The notes beneath the pieces were generated by a model that ran no database searches, was not told the DNA's origin, and saw nothing but the letters and a program-made list of their open reading frames with translations. A program made the position numbers and the translations under genes. Source: Pristiophorus japonicus (lineage: Eukaryota). From it: a stretch of 64,000 bases of DNA. Below, piece by piece: positions 48,559 to 62,328 of this stretch. Location of the stretch: assembly GCF_044704955.1 (NCBI RefSeq), contig NW_027254484.1, positions 124,001 through 188,000 on the forward strand, written 5' to 3'. The first letter of the stretch is position 1, and each line of letters begins with the position of its first letter.

Positions 48559-49570
48559 CGACCTCGCTCGGGCCCGCCCCGCCCTGCCCGGCCCCCGGCC
48601 CGACAACGGCGGCCAACGCGGACGGGCCCGCCCCCCTCCCCGAGCGCCCCAAGTGCGCCGTGTGCGGCAAGTCCTTCTGCGACCCCCAGGCCCTCTCCCG
48701 CCACCACCTGGCGGGCCACGCCGGCCAGGGCCCCTTCTCCTGCCCGCTGTGCCGGCTGACCTTCGAGGGGGCGGCCGAGCTCCAGGAGCACGCCTCCTCC
48801 TCCGCCGCCTCCTCGTCGCCGTTGCACCGGGGAGGAACGGGGGTGGCCCTGCACCCGCCGCTGCCCGCCCCCTTCCGCTGCGCCCAGTGCGGCCGCCGGT
48901 ACAGCCGGGCCTCCCACCTCCTCCGCCACCAGCGCAGCCACACCGACGAGCGGCCCTTCGCCTGCCCGGCCTGCGGCAAGGGCTTCGTCAACTCCTACGA
49001 GCTGCTCCGCCACCGGTTGACTCACACCGACGAGGCCCCCTTCCCCTGCCCCCGCTGCGACAAGCGCTTCAAGCGGCCCCACTACCTGGCCCAGCACCTG
49101 CGCACCCACACCGACCAGACCCCCTACCCGTGCCCGCTGTGCCCCAAGCGCTTCAAGACCGCCTCCTACCTGCTCAAGCACCGGGGGCGCCACCTGCCCG
49201 ACCCGCCGCGGCACGCTTGCCCGCACTGCGACAAGGGCTTCCGCTACCCCTACGAGCTGGCCCGCCACCTGCGGGCCCACTCGGACCGGGCCCCCTACCC
49301 CTGCCCCTCCTGCCCCTGCCGCTTCAAGAGCGGGCGGGACCGCGACCACCACGCCCGCCTCCACACGGGCGAGCGGCCCTACGTCTGCGGCCAGTGCGGC
49401 AAGGGCTTCACCCGCCCGTCGCTGCTGGGCCGGCACCGGCGCACCCACTCGCCGCTGCGCCCCCACGCCTGCCCCCGCTGCGGCCGGGCCTTCAAGGCCC
49501 CCGGGGGGCTGAGGGGCCACCGGGCCCGGCACTGCCGGGGGGGGCCGCCGACGCCGGAGGCCGGGGAGCA

Positions 49571-50184
49571 GCATGCGCAGAGCCGGCAACTGCCGCAGGG
49601 CTCGGAGAATGCGCATGCGCAGAGCCGGCAACTACCACATAGCTCGGAAAATGCGCATGCGCAGAGCCGGCAACTACCGCATTGCTCGGAGAATGTGCAT
49701 GCGCAGAGTCGGCAGCTGCCGCAGGGCTCGGAGAATGTGCATGCGCAGAGCCGGCAGCTGCCGCAGGGCTCAGAGGATGCGCATGCGCAGAGCCGGCAGC
49801 TGCCGCAGGGCTCGGAGAATGCGCATGCGCAGAGCCGGCAACTACCACATAGCTCGGAAAATGCGCATGCGCAGAGCCGGCAACTACCACATTGCTCGGA
49901 AAATGCGCATGCGCAGAGTCGGCAGCTGCCGCAGGGCTCGGAGAATGCGCATGCGCAGAGCCGGCAGCTGCCGCAGGGCTCGGAGAATGCGCATGCGCAG
50001 AGCCGGCAACTACCACATAGCTCGGAAAATGCGCATGTGCAGAGCCAGCAACTACCGCAGGGCTCGGAGAATGCGCATGCGCAGAGCCGGCAACTAGCAC
50101 ATTGCTCGGAAAATGCGCATGCGCAGAGCCGGCAACGACCACATTGCTCGGAAAATGCGCATGCGCAGAGCCGGCAACTACCAC
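49571..50184. repeat. Coding 42-bp VNTR, 15 units
   Basis: Same unit; 11 perfect palindromes. Confidence 0.95.
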
Positions 50185-51595
50185 AGGCCCAAGGCCTCAA
50201 ACTCCCACAGGGCTTAGAGGAGGCGCATGCGCAGAACCGCGAACCCCCGCAGGCCCAAGGCCTGGAACTCCCGCAGGGCTACGAGGCCCCGTATGCTGAC
50301 ATCCGCCAACCCCCGGAGGCCAGCACCTCGGACGCCCCCCTCCCTGCGCGGGCGGCCAGCCCGGACGCCCCCGCCGCCCCCCGCCCCTACGACTGCGCCC
50401 TGTGCGGCCGCGACTTTGGCCGGCTGGTGGAGCTGCTCGGCCACCGTTGCCGTCGCCCGGCCCAGCACCAGCCCGCCTTTCCCTGCCCCCACTGCCCCGA
50501 GGCTTTTGCCCGGGCCTTTGAGCTGGCCTGTCACCTCCCCCGCCACGCGGCCGACCGGGCCCTGCCCTGTCCCCGCTGACCGAGGGGTGGGGGGGCTGGG
50601 TTGGGGGCTTAACCCCCTCCCCCCACCCACGGGAGGGCGGGGGAGGGGTTGGGTAAGCGTGGGCGGGGCTAGGATCCGGTCGTTGCTGGGCAGGTCGAGG
50701 GGGTCTTGTGGGGACTTGGTCCCAACTCCCCTCCCCCTCCGTCCCCTCTCCTCCCCTCCCCCTCCGTCCCCTCTCCTCCCCTCCCCCGCCGTTCCCTCTC
50801 CCCTCCCCCTACTGCACGTTGCAAACACTGAATTATCCCTCGATCGCGGACCGCACAGCTCCTCCGCCTCCCCGCACCCCCACAACCCCCACAAGCCCCT
50901 CGTGCCACGCGGCGGGCTATTCGACTGCGGCGTGCATGGCCGCCCGCTCCCCACCTCCCCTGAAGAGGGCGCCGTTTGCAAGCTGGGGTCAGGGTGGGGG
51001 GTCTGGTGGGGGGAGGAGGTCAAGCGGACTCCTGACCCCTTCGAACTCGACCCCTCCCCTGCCCGTGCTCACCTTCGCCCTCTTCTCCCCTACCCCGTCC
51101 CTCACAAACCCCATCTCAAGGCAAACACCAATCAGATCACCTCGTGCTCCTTACCCCCACCCCCCCTGCCCCGACGGGTACAGAGAGCCCCGCTCTCGCA
51201 CACGCCCCGCACAGGCGCGCGGACCGGGGGCGTGAGACGATACGAGCTTTCCTGCTCCCTACCTCCGGAAGGCTCACGTGTGGGTGGGGAGGGGAGGGGC
51301 AAGGCCACACGTGTTTTCCCCCCCACCCTCTCCCCACACACACACACATCCCCCCGCCCACCCCCCTCCCTCCCTCCGCGCTGGGGAGGGCGGAGAAACA
51401 ACGTCTCAACCGTGGGCCTGATGCCCCTCCAGTCGAATAGCCCGCACCCGCGGGTTCGCGCCTGGGAACAGGGGGCCGGGCGTGGGAATCGGGTTGAAAT
51501 CCGGAGCGCGGAATGCGAGACGGCGGGGTGAGAGGGAGACCCGAGTCAGCTCTCGATCGAAGGTCTCCTCCTGAAAAATGTCTGCTGTTGTATGT

Positions 51596-52418
51596 NNNNN
51601 NNNNNNNNNNNNNNNNNNNNNNNNNNNNNNNNNNNNNNNNNNNNNNNNNNNNNNNNNNNNNNNNNNNNNNNNNNNNNNNNNNNNNNNNNNNNNNNNNNNN
51701 NNNNNNNNNNNNNNNNNNNNNNNNNNNNNNNNNNNNNNNNNNNNNNNNNNNNNNNNNNNNNNNNNNNNNNNNNNNNNNNNNNNNNNNNNNNNNNNNNNNN
51801 NNNNNNNNNNNNNNNNNNNNNNNNNNNNNNNNNNNNNNNNNNNNNNNNNNNNNNNNNNNNNNNNNNNNNNNNNNNNNNNNNNNNNNNNNNNNNNNNNNNN
51901 NNNNNNNNNNNNNNNNNNNNNNNNNNNNNNNNNNNNNNNNNNNNNNNNNNNNNNNNNNNNNNNNNNNNNNNNNNNNNNNNNNNNNNNNNNNNNNNNNNNN
52001 NNNNNNNNNNNNNNNNNNNNNNNNNNNNNNNNNNNNNNNNNNNNNNNNNNNNNNNNNNNNNNNNNNNNNNNNNNNNNNNNNNNNNNNNNNNNNNNNNNNN
52101 NNNNNNNNNNNNNNNNNNNNNNNNNNNNNNNNNNNNNNNNNNNNNNNNNNNNNNNNNNNNNNNNNNNNNNNNNNNNNNNNNNNNNNNNNNNNNNNNNNNN
52201 NNNNNNNNNNNNNNNNNNNNNNNNNNNNNNNNNNNNNNNNNNNNNNNNNNNNNNNNNNNNNNNNNNNNNNNNNNNNNNNNNNNNNNNNNNNNNNNNNNNN
52301 NNNNNNNNNNNNNNNNNNNNNNNNNNNNNNNNNNNNNNNNNNNNNNNNNNNNNNNNNNNNNNNNNNNNNNNNNNNNNNNNNNNNNNNNNNNNNNNNNNNN
52401 NNNNNNNNNNNNNNNNNN
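51596..52418. other. N block (823 nt) in the Z4 3'UTR
   Basis: Same flanks, inverted; starts 22 nt earlier. Confidence 0.95.
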
Positions 52419-54569
52419 CCGCTGTACAAACCAGCTGTGACCAATAAAAAGATGGTTTTCTGCCCCCACTCTGACCCCGATGGGGAGCGTTATGTTTGTG
52501 TGCTGCATTTCCCCACATTGCCTGGTGAGCTGAATGGAGCCTCTGGTTGCGAGAGAAGAAGGAAGCGATTATTTAAACGGAGAAAGATTACAAAGTGCCG
52601 CAGTACAGCGGGACCTGGGGGTTACTTGTACATGAAACACAAAAGGTTAGTACGCAGGTACAGCAAGTGCTCAGGAAGGGCCAATGGTATCTTGGCCTTT
52701 ATTGCAAAGGGGGATGGAGTATAAAAGCAGGGAAGTCTTGCTCCAGTTACACAGGGTATTGGTGAGGCCACACCTGGAGTACTGCGTGCACAGTTTTGCT
52801 CTCCGTATTTACCAAAGGACACACTTTGCTTTGGAGGCAGTTCAGAGAAGGTTCACTCGGTCGATTCCGGGGATGAGGGGGTTGACTTATGAGGAAAGGT
52901 TGAGGAGGTTGGGCCTCTACTCATTGGAGTTCAGAAGAATGAGAGGTGATCTTATCGAAAGGTATCAGATTATGAGGGGGGGGCTCGACAAGGTGGATGC
53001 AGAGAGGATGTTCCCACTGATGGGGGAGACTAGAACTAGGGGGCATGGTCTTAGAATAAGGGGCCGCCCATTTAAAACTGAGATGAGGAGGAATTTCTTC
53101 TCAGAGGGTTGTAAATCTGTGGAACTCGCTGCCTCAGAGAGCTGTGGAAGCCGGGACATTGAATATATTGAAGACAGAGATAGACAGTTCCTTAACCGAT
53201 AAGGGGGCGGGCAGGGAAGTGGAGCTGGGTCCATGATCGGATCAGGCCACGATGGTATTAAATGGCGGAGCAGGGCTCGAGGGGCCGAATGGCCCACTCC
53301 TGGCTCCTATTTCTGATGTGAGAATCCCAGTGGACCCAAACCCCCTTCCCTGCTCAGTGACCGAAGGGAGTTTGAGCAATCCTTCGATAAAGTACCACAT
53401 AAGAGGTTACTGCGCAGGATAAAAGCTCGCGGGGTTTGGGGGTAATATATTAGCACGGATGGGCTCACTAACAGAGAACAGAGAGTCGGGACAACTGTTC
53501 ATTCTCGGGTCGGCAATCAGTAACTAGTGGGGTGCCCCAGGGATCAATGCACCTGAATAAATGCTGCAAGAGGGCACTGGGGCACTGAGGCCAAGTGGCT
53601 GGGGGTCAATATTACTGTTTGTACATTAATATGTCTCGAAATAGCTCCAAAACTCCCTCAATTGGGGCAGGGATGGAGGGAGGGCATCAATGAGGGCTTA
53701 ATATTACTGCCCGTATATTAATATATCTCCTATATAGCACTTGCGATCACCAGGCAGCAATATTAATGTTTTTCTTTGAATAGAGCTCGAAATATCTTAA
53801 AATTCCTCAATTTGCTTTAATTGAGGCAAGGTGTGAGGGAGGGTGACCTTCAAGGGTTAATATTACTGCCGGTATATTAATATATCTCATGCATAGCACT
53901 TGGGATCATCAGGAACCAATATTAATCTTTGTATATTAATATATCCCTCAATATCGCTAACTCTCTCTCAATTGAGGCAAGGTGTGAGGGAGGGTGACCT
54001 TCAAGGGTTAATATTACTGCCGGTCTAGAAATATATCTCACTTGGGATAACCTGGGATCCATATGAATCTTTCTGCATTCATGTATCTCCGAAATAGCTC
54101 GCTGTGCTTCAATTGGGGCAGCCGGTGAGAAAGGACGTCATAGAGGGGTTAATTTCTGACATATCAGGAGAGACTGGATCGACTGGGCTTATATTGGCCC
54201 AATGGCCTGCTCCTGCACCTATTTTCTATGTTTCCATGTCTCTAACTATGCTGTAATTGGGGCAGTGAGTGAGAGAGGGCATATTGACGGGGTTAATATC
54301 AGTGCCTGTATTTTAATACATCTCACTTCGCACATGGAGCACTTGGGGATAATGAGTCAATATTAATGTCTAAATATCGTAAAATATCTCTCTCTGTTTA
54401 AATTGGGGCAGAGAGTATATAACGGAATGAGTATAAGGGTTAATATCACTTGTCTACATCTCATCGTTAGAGGCAGCCCCTTGGAATCGAGGAAGACTTG
54501 TTTCCAATCTTAAAAACGAGGCCTAGGGTGGCTGAATAGTCTAATACGGGAGTCGCAGTCCCTGTCACG

Positions 54570-54808
54570 GGGTGGGACAGATAGACGTTGAGGGAAAGGG
54601 GAGGGTGGGACAGATAGACGTTGAGCGAAGGGGAGGGTGGGACAGAGAGACGTTGAGGGAAAGGGGAGGGTGGGACAGATAGACGTTGAGGGAAGGGGAG
54701 GCTGGGACAGATAGACGTTGAGGGAAGGGGAGGGTGGGACAGATAGACGTTGAGGGAAGGGGGAGAGTGGGACAGATAGACGTTGAGGGAAAGGGGAGGG
54801 TGGGACAG
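54570..54808. repeat. 32-bp G4 minisatellite, ~7 units
   Basis: Same unit. Confidence 0.95.
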
Positions 54809-57164
54809 GTTTGCCGCACGCTCCTTCCGCTGCCTTGCGCTTGCTTTCTGCGTGCTCGCAATTGGCGACGAGACTCGAGGTGCTCGGCGCCCGCCCGGAT
54901 GCACTTCCACCACTTAGGGGCGGACTGGTCTTTGGGCCAGGGGGGACTCCCAGGTGTCGGTGGTGGGGCGGGTGTTGCACTTTATCAGGGGAGCGGGTGT
55001 GTCCCTTGCAGAACGTTTCCTCTGCCCACCTTGGGGCTCGCGCGCCCGCGCAGGAGTTCCGAGTCGAGCGCTCGCTTCGGGAGTCTGGTGTCTGGGGGGC
55101 GGGGGGGGAACATGCGGACAATATCTGAATATATTTACAGAGAGATTTATATCAACGGAATGAGATCAATATCTGTCCATCAATCTATCTGTAAATACAC
55201 CAACGGGGGAATGAGTCAGCGAGGGAACTATTCAGGGGCATAATATTACTCTTCTATATTGATAAAGCTCAAAATATATTAATTGGGGCACTTGGGATAT
55301 TCCGGGGTCAATATTGATTTTTGAGCGTCCAAAATCCAGAGTTCCAAACTTCGGAATGTTTCGGAATCCTGACTCCTCCCCCCCGCCCTCCTCGGCTCCC
55401 TCGCTCTCCCCTTCCCCACTAACCTCAGCTGGCCAACCCCACCAACCTCAGCCCAGGCAACGACGTTCCGGAATCCGGAAATCCCCCGGAATCCGGAGCG
55501 GCCTCTCCACCTGTACGTTTACTCGATCTCAAAATATCTTAAAACAGATCAATAGGCTGCGATTGGGGCAGTGAGTGAGAGAGAGAGAGAGAGAGAGAGG
55601 GGGGAGTAATCTGGGATTAAATATTCGTCGCCAACGATTAATATCTCTGTGACTGTATCGATTGGGGAACTTGGGATAATCGGGAGACAATATTTAATCT
55701 TTGTGTATTATTCCATGTATGTACAAAAGCAGGGAAGTCTTGCTCCAGTTACACAGGGTATTGGTGAGGCCACACCTGGAGTACTGCGTGCACAGTTTTG
55801 CTCTCCGTATTTACCAAAGGACACACTTTGCTTTGGAGGCAGTTCAGAGAAGGTTCACTCGGTCGATTCCGGGGATGAGGGGGTTGACTTATGAGGAAAG
55901 GTTGAGGAGGTTGGGCCTCTACTCATTGGAGTTCAGAAGAATGAGAGGCGATCTTATCGAAACGTATCAGATTATGAGGGGGGGGCTCGACAAGGTGGAT
56001 GCAGAGAGGATGTTCCCACTGATGGGGGAGACTAGAACTAGGGGGCATGGTCTTAGAATAAGGGGCCGCCCATTTAAAACTGAGATGAGGAGGAATTTCT
56101 TCTCTCAGAGAGTTGTAAATCTGTGGAACTCGCTGCCTCAGAGAGCTGTGGAAGCCGGGACATTGAATATATTTAAGGCAGAGATAGACAGTTCCTTAAC
56201 CGATAAGGGGGCGGGCAGGGAAGTGGAGCTGGGTCCATGATCGGATCAGGCCACGATCGTATTAAATGGCGGGGCAGGGCTCGAGGGGCCGAATGGCCCA
56301 CTCCTGGCTCCTATTTCTGATGTGAGAATCCCAGTGGACCCAAACCTCCTTCCCTGCTCAGTGACCGAAGGGAGTTTGAGCAATCCTTCGATAAAGTACC
56401 ACATGAGAGGTTACTGCGCAGGATAAAAGCTCGCGGGGTTTGGGGGTAATATATTAGCACGGATGGAGGATGGGCTCACTAACAGAGAACAGAGAGTCGG
56501 GACAACTGTTCATTCTCGGGTCGGCAATCAGTAACTAGTGGGGTGCCCCAGGGATCAGTGCACCTGAATAAATGCAGCAAGAGGGCCCTGGGGCACTGAG
56601 GCCAAGTGGCTGGGGGTCAATATTACTGTTTATACATTAATATGTCTCGAAATAGCTCCAAAACTCCCTCAATTGGGGCAGGGATGGAGGGAGGGCATCA
56701 GTGAGGGCTTAATATTACTGCCCGTATATTAATATATCTCATATATAGCACTTGGGATCACCAGGCAGCAATATTAATGTTTTTCTTTGCATAGAGCTCG
56801 AAATATCTTAAAATTCCTCAATTTAAATTGAGGCAAGGTGTGAGGGAGGGTGACCTTCAAGGGTTAATATTACTGCCTGTATATTAATATATCTCATGTA
56901 TAGCACTTGGGATCATCAGGAACCAATATTAATCTTTGTATATTAATATATACCTCAATACCGCCAACTCTCTCTCAATTGAGGCAAGGTGTGAGGGAGG
57001 GTGACCTTCAAGGGTTAATATTACTGCCGGTATATGAATATATCTCACTTGGGATAACCTGGGATCCATATGAATCTTTCTACATTCATATATCTCCGAA
57101 ATAGCTCGCTGTGCTTCAATTGGGGCAGCCGGTGAGAAAGGACATCATCGAGGGGTTAATTTCT

Positions 57165-57628
57165 GACATATCAGGAGAGACTGGATCGACTGGGCTTATA
57201 TTCGCTGGAGTTTAGAAGGATGAGGGGGGGATCTGACAGGAAACATGTCAAATTCTGACGGGACGGGACAGGTTTAGATGCGGGAAGAATGTTCCCGATG
57301 TTGGGGAAGTCCAGAACCAGGGGCTCACACAGTCTAAGGATAAGGGGTAAGCCATTTAGGACCCAGATGAGGAGAAACTTCTTCACCCAGAGAATTGTGA
57401 ACCTGTGGAATTCTCTAACACAGAAAGTTGTTGGGGGCCAGTTCGTTGGATATATTCAAAAGGGAGTTAGATGTGACCCTTACGGCTAAAGGGATCAGGG
57501 GGGTATGGAGAGAAGGCAGGAGTGGGGTACTGAAGTTGCATGTTCAGCCATGATCATATTGAATGGTGGGGCAGGCTCGAAGGGCCCAATGGCCTGCTCC
57601 TGCACCTATTTTCTATGTTTCCATGTCT
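57165..57628 (+). mobile_element. CR1 'B' short 3' end (also 60975-61437)
   Basis: Inverted copy of 8668-9132. Confidence 0.9.
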
Positions 57629-57958
57629 CTAACTATGTTGTAATTGGGGCAGTGAGTGAGAGAGGGCATATTGACGGGGTTAATATTAGTGTCTGTATTT
57701 TAATACATCCCATACTTCGCACATGGAGCACTTGGGGATAATGAGTCAATATTAATGTCTAAATATCGTAAAATATCTCTCTCTGTTTAAATTGGGGCAG
57801 AGAGTATATAACGGAATGAGTATAAGGGTTAATATCACTTGTCTACATCTCATCGTTAGAGGCAGCCCCTTGGAATCGAGGAAGACTTGTTTCCACTCTT
57901 AAAAACGAGGCCTAGGGTGGCTGAATAGTCCAATACGGGAGTCGCAGTCCCTGTCACA

Positions 57959-58611
57959 GGGTGGGACAGATAGACGTTGAGGGAAGGGGAGGGTGGGACA
58001 GATAGACGTTGAGGGAAGGGGAGGGTGGGACAGATAGACGTTGAGGGAAGGGGGAGGGTGGGACAGATAGACGTTGAGGGAAGGGGAGGGCGGGACAGAT
58101 AGACGTTGAGGGAAGGGGAGGGTGGGACAGATAGACGTTGAGGGAAGGGGAGGGTGGGACAGATAGACGTTGAGGGAAGGGGAGGCTGGGACAGATAGAC
58201 ATTGAGGGAAGGGGAGGGTGGGACAGATAGACGTTGAGGGAAGGGGAGGGTGGGACAGATAGACGTTGAGGGAAGGGGAGGATGGGACAGATAGACGTTG
58301 AGGGAAAGGGGAGGGTGGGACAGATAGACGTTGAGGGAAGGGGAGGGTGGGACAGATAGACGTTGAGGGAAGGGGAGGGTGGGACAGATAGACGTTGAGG
58401 GAAGGGGAGGGTGGGACAGATAGACGTTGAGGGAAGGGGAGGGTGGGACAGATAGACGTTGAGGGAAGGGGAGGGTGGGACAGATAGACGTTGAGGGAAG
58501 GGGAGGGTGGGACAGATAGACGTTGAGGGAAGGGGAGGGTGGGACAGATAGACGTTGAGGGAAGGGGAGGGTGGGACAGATAGACGTTGAGGGAAAGGGG
58601 AGGGTGGGACA
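57959..58611. repeat. 32-bp G4 minisatellite, ~20 units
   Basis: Same unit. Confidence 0.95.
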
Positions 58612-58923
58612 GGTTTGCCGCACGCTCCTTCCGCTGCCTTGCGCTTGCTTTCTGCGTGCTCGCAATTGGCGACGAGACTCGAGGTGCTCGGCGCCCTCCC
58701 GGATGCACTTCCACCACTTAGGGGCGGACTGGTCTTTGGGCCAGGGGGGACTCCCAGGTGTCGGTGCGGGGGGCGGGGGTGTTGCACTTTATCAGGGGAG
58801 TGGGTGTGTCCCTTGCAGAACGTTTCCTCTGCCCACCTTGGGGCTCGCGCGCCCGTGCAGGAGTTCCGAGTCGAGCGCTCGCTTCGGGAGTCTGGTGTCT
58901 GGGGGGCGGGGGAGGGGAACATG
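58612..58923 (+). other. CpG-rich ~310-bp 'element X' (copies: 7468-7779, 11189-11499, 15902-16214, 23632-23756 truncated, 36971-37280, 41887-42195, 46756-47063, 54809-55113, 62329-62642)
   Basis: gtttgccgcacgctccttccg...ggggaacatg. Contains CTTCCG, CCGGAT, ATTGG and GGGGCGGA. Directly follows the G4 minisatellite in all nine full copies. Confidence 0.8.
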
Positions 58924-59379
58924 CGGACAATATCTGAATATATTTACAGAGAGATTTATATCAACGGAATGAGATCAATATCTGTCCATCAATCTATCTG
59001 TAAATACACCAACGGGGGAATGAGTCAGCGAGGGAACTATTCAGGGGCATAATATTACTCTTCTATATTGATAAAGCTCAAAATATATTAATTGGGGCAC
59101 TTGGGATATTCCGGGGTCAATATTGATTTTTGAGCGTCTAAAATCCAGAGTTCCAAAATTCGGAATGTTTCGGAATCCAGACTCTCCCCCCGCCTGCCTC
59201 GGCTCCCCCGCTCTCCCCTCCCCCACTAACCTCAGCTGGCCAACCCCACCAACCTCAGCCCAGGCAACGACGTTCCGGAATCCGGAAATCCCCCGGAATC
59301 CGGAGCGGCCTCTCCACCTGTACGTTTACTCGATCTCAAAATATCTTAAAACAGCTCAATAGGCTGCAATTGGGGCAGT

Positions 59380-59410
<31 letters not shown>

Positions 59411-61767
59411 GGGAGTAATCTGGGATTAAATATTCGTCGCCAACGATTAATATCTCTGTGACTGTATCGATTGGGGAACTTGGGATAATCGGGAAACAAT
59501 ATTTAATCTTTGTGTATTATTCCCTGTATGTACAAAAGCAGGGAAGTCTTGCTCCAGTTACACAGGGTATCGGTGAGGCCACACCTGGAGTACTGCGTGC
59601 ACAGTTTTGCTCTCCGTATTTACCAAAGGACACACTTTGCTTTGGAGGCAGTTCAGAGAAGGTTCACTCGGTCGATTCCGGGGATGAGGGGGTTGACTTA
59701 TGAGGAAAGGTTGAGGAGGTTGGGCCTCTACTCATTGGAGTTCAGAAGAATGAGAGGTGATCTTATCGAAACGTATCAGATTATGAGGGGGGCTCGACAA
59801 GGTGGATGCAGAGAGGATGTTCCCACTGATGGGGGAGACTAGAACTAGGGGGCATGGTCTTAGAATAAGGGGCCGCCCATTTAAAACTGAGATGAGGAGG
59901 AATTTCTTCTCTCAGAGGGTTGTAAATCTGTGGAACTCGCTGCCTCAGAGAGCTGTGGAAGCCGGGACATTGAATATATTTAAGGCAGAGATAGACAGTT
60001 CCTTAACCGATAAGGGGGCGGGCAGGGAAGTGGAGCTGGGTCCATGATCGGATCAGGCCACGATGGTATTAAATGGCGGAGCAGGGCTCGAGGGGCCGAA
60101 TGGCCCACTCCTGGCTCCTATTTCTGATGTGAGAATCCCAGTGGACCCAAACCCCCTTCCCTGCTCAGTGACCGAAGGGAGTTTGAGCAATCCTTCGATA
60201 AAGTACCACATGAGAGGTTACTGCGCAGGATAAAAGCTCGTGGGGTTTGGGGGTAATATATTAGCACGGATGGAGGATGGGCTCACTAACAGAGAACAGA
60301 GAGTCGGGACAACTGTTCATTCTCGGGTCGGCAATCAGTAACTAGTGGGGTGCCCCAGGGATCAATGCACCTGAATAAATGCTGCAAGAGGGCCCTGGGG
60401 CACTGAGGCCAAGTGGCTGGGGGTCAATATTACTGTTTATACATTAATATGCCTCGAAATAGCTCCAAAACTCCCTCAATTGGGGCAGGGATGGAGGGAG
60501 GGCATCAGTGAGGGCTTAATATTACTGCCCGTATATTAATATATCTCATATATAGCACTTGCGATCACCAGGCAGCAATATTAATGTTTTTCTTTGCATC
60601 GAGCTCGAAATATCTTAAAATTCCTCAATTTGCTTAAATTGAGGCAAGGTGTGAGGGAGGGTGACCTTCAAGGGTTAATATTACTGCCTGTATATTAATA
60701 TATCTCATGTATAGCACTTGGGATCATCAGGAACCAATATTAATCTTTGTATATTAATATATACCTCAATATCGCCAACTCTCTCTCAATTGAGGCAAGG
60801 TGTGAGGGAGGGTGACCTTCAAGGGTTAATATTACTGCCGGTATATTAATATATCTCACTTGGGATAACCTGGGATCCATATGAATCTTTCTACATTCAT
60901 ATATCTCCGAAATAGCTCGCTGTGCTTCAATTGGGGCAGCCGGTGAGAAAGGACATCATAGAGGGGTTAATTTCTGACATATCAGGAGAGACTGGATCGA
61001 CTGGGCTTATATTCGCTGGAGTTTAGAAGGATGAGGGGGGGATCTGATAGGAAACATGTCAAATTCTGACGGGACGGGACAGGTTTAGATGCGGGAAGAA
61101 TGTTCCCGATGTTGGGGAAGTCCAGAACCAGGGGCTCACAGTCTAAGGATAAGGGGTAAGCCATTTAGGACCCAGATGAGGAGAAACTTCTTCACCCAGA
61201 GAATTGTGAACCTGTGGAATTCTCTGCCACAGAAAGTTGTTGGGGGCCAGTTCGTTGGATATATTCAAAAGGGAGTTAGATGTGGCCCTTACGGCTAAAG
61301 GGATCAGGGGGGTATGGAGAGAAGGCAGGAGTGGGGTACTGAAGTTGCATGATCAGCCATGATCATATTGAATGGTGGGGCAGGCTCGAAGGACCCAATG
61401 GCCTGCTCCTGCACCTATTTTCTATGTTTCTATGTCTCTAACTATGCTGTAATTGGGGCAGTGAGTGAGAGAGGGCATATTGACGAGGTTAATATTAGTG
61501 TCTGTATTTTAATACATCTCATACTTCGCACATGGAGCACTTGGGGATAATGAGTCAATATTAATGTCTAAATATCGTAAAATATCTCTCTCTGTTTAAA
61601 TTGGGGCAGAGAGTATATAACGGAATGAGTATAAGGGTTAATATCACTTGTCTACATCTCATCGTTAGAGGCAGCCCCTTGGAATCGAGGAAGACTTGTT
61701 TCCACTCTTAAAAACGAGGCCTAAGGTGGCTGAATAGTCCAATACGGGAGTCGCAGACCCTGTCACG

Positions 61768-62328
61768 GGGTGGGACAGATAGACGATGAGGGAAAGGGGA
61801 GTGTGGGACAGATAGACGTTGAGGGAAGGGGAGGGTGGGACAGATAGACGTTGAGGGAAAGGGGAGGGTGGGACAGATAGACGTTGAGCGAAGGGGAGGG
61901 TGGGACAGATAGACGTTGAGGGAAGGGGAGGGTGGGACAGATAGACGTTGAGGGAAGGGGAGGGTGGGACAGATAGACGTTGAGGGAAGGGGAGGGTGGG
62001 ACAGATAGACGTTGAGGGAAGGGGAGAGTGGGACAGAGAGACGTTGAGGGAAAGGGGAGGGTGGGACAGATAGACGTTGAGGGAAGGGGAGGGTGGGACA
62101 GATAGACGTTGAGGGAAAGGGGAGGGTGGGACAGATAGATGTTGAGGGAAGGGGAGGGTGGGACAGATAGACGTTGAGGGAAGGGGAGGGTGGGACAGAT
62201 AGACGTTGAGGGAAGGGGAGGGTGGGACAGATAGACGTTGAGGGAAGGGGAGGGTGGGACAGATAGACGTTGAGGGAAGGGGAGGGTGGGACAGATCAGA
62301 CGTTGAGGGAAAGGGGAGGGTGGGACAG
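61768..62328. repeat. 32-bp G4 minisatellite, ~17 units
   Basis: Same unit. Confidence 0.95.

Larger units (their letters stand above)
47656..50579 (+). pseudogene. ZNF copy Z4, start codon and finger 1 removed by an in-frame deletion
   Basis: Junction cgccacgctc|ttcatctgc fuses 5' leader to finger 2. The ORF track start (47340) is GTG. First in-frame ATG is at 48549. AATAAA at 52443-52448. Confidence 0.7.
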
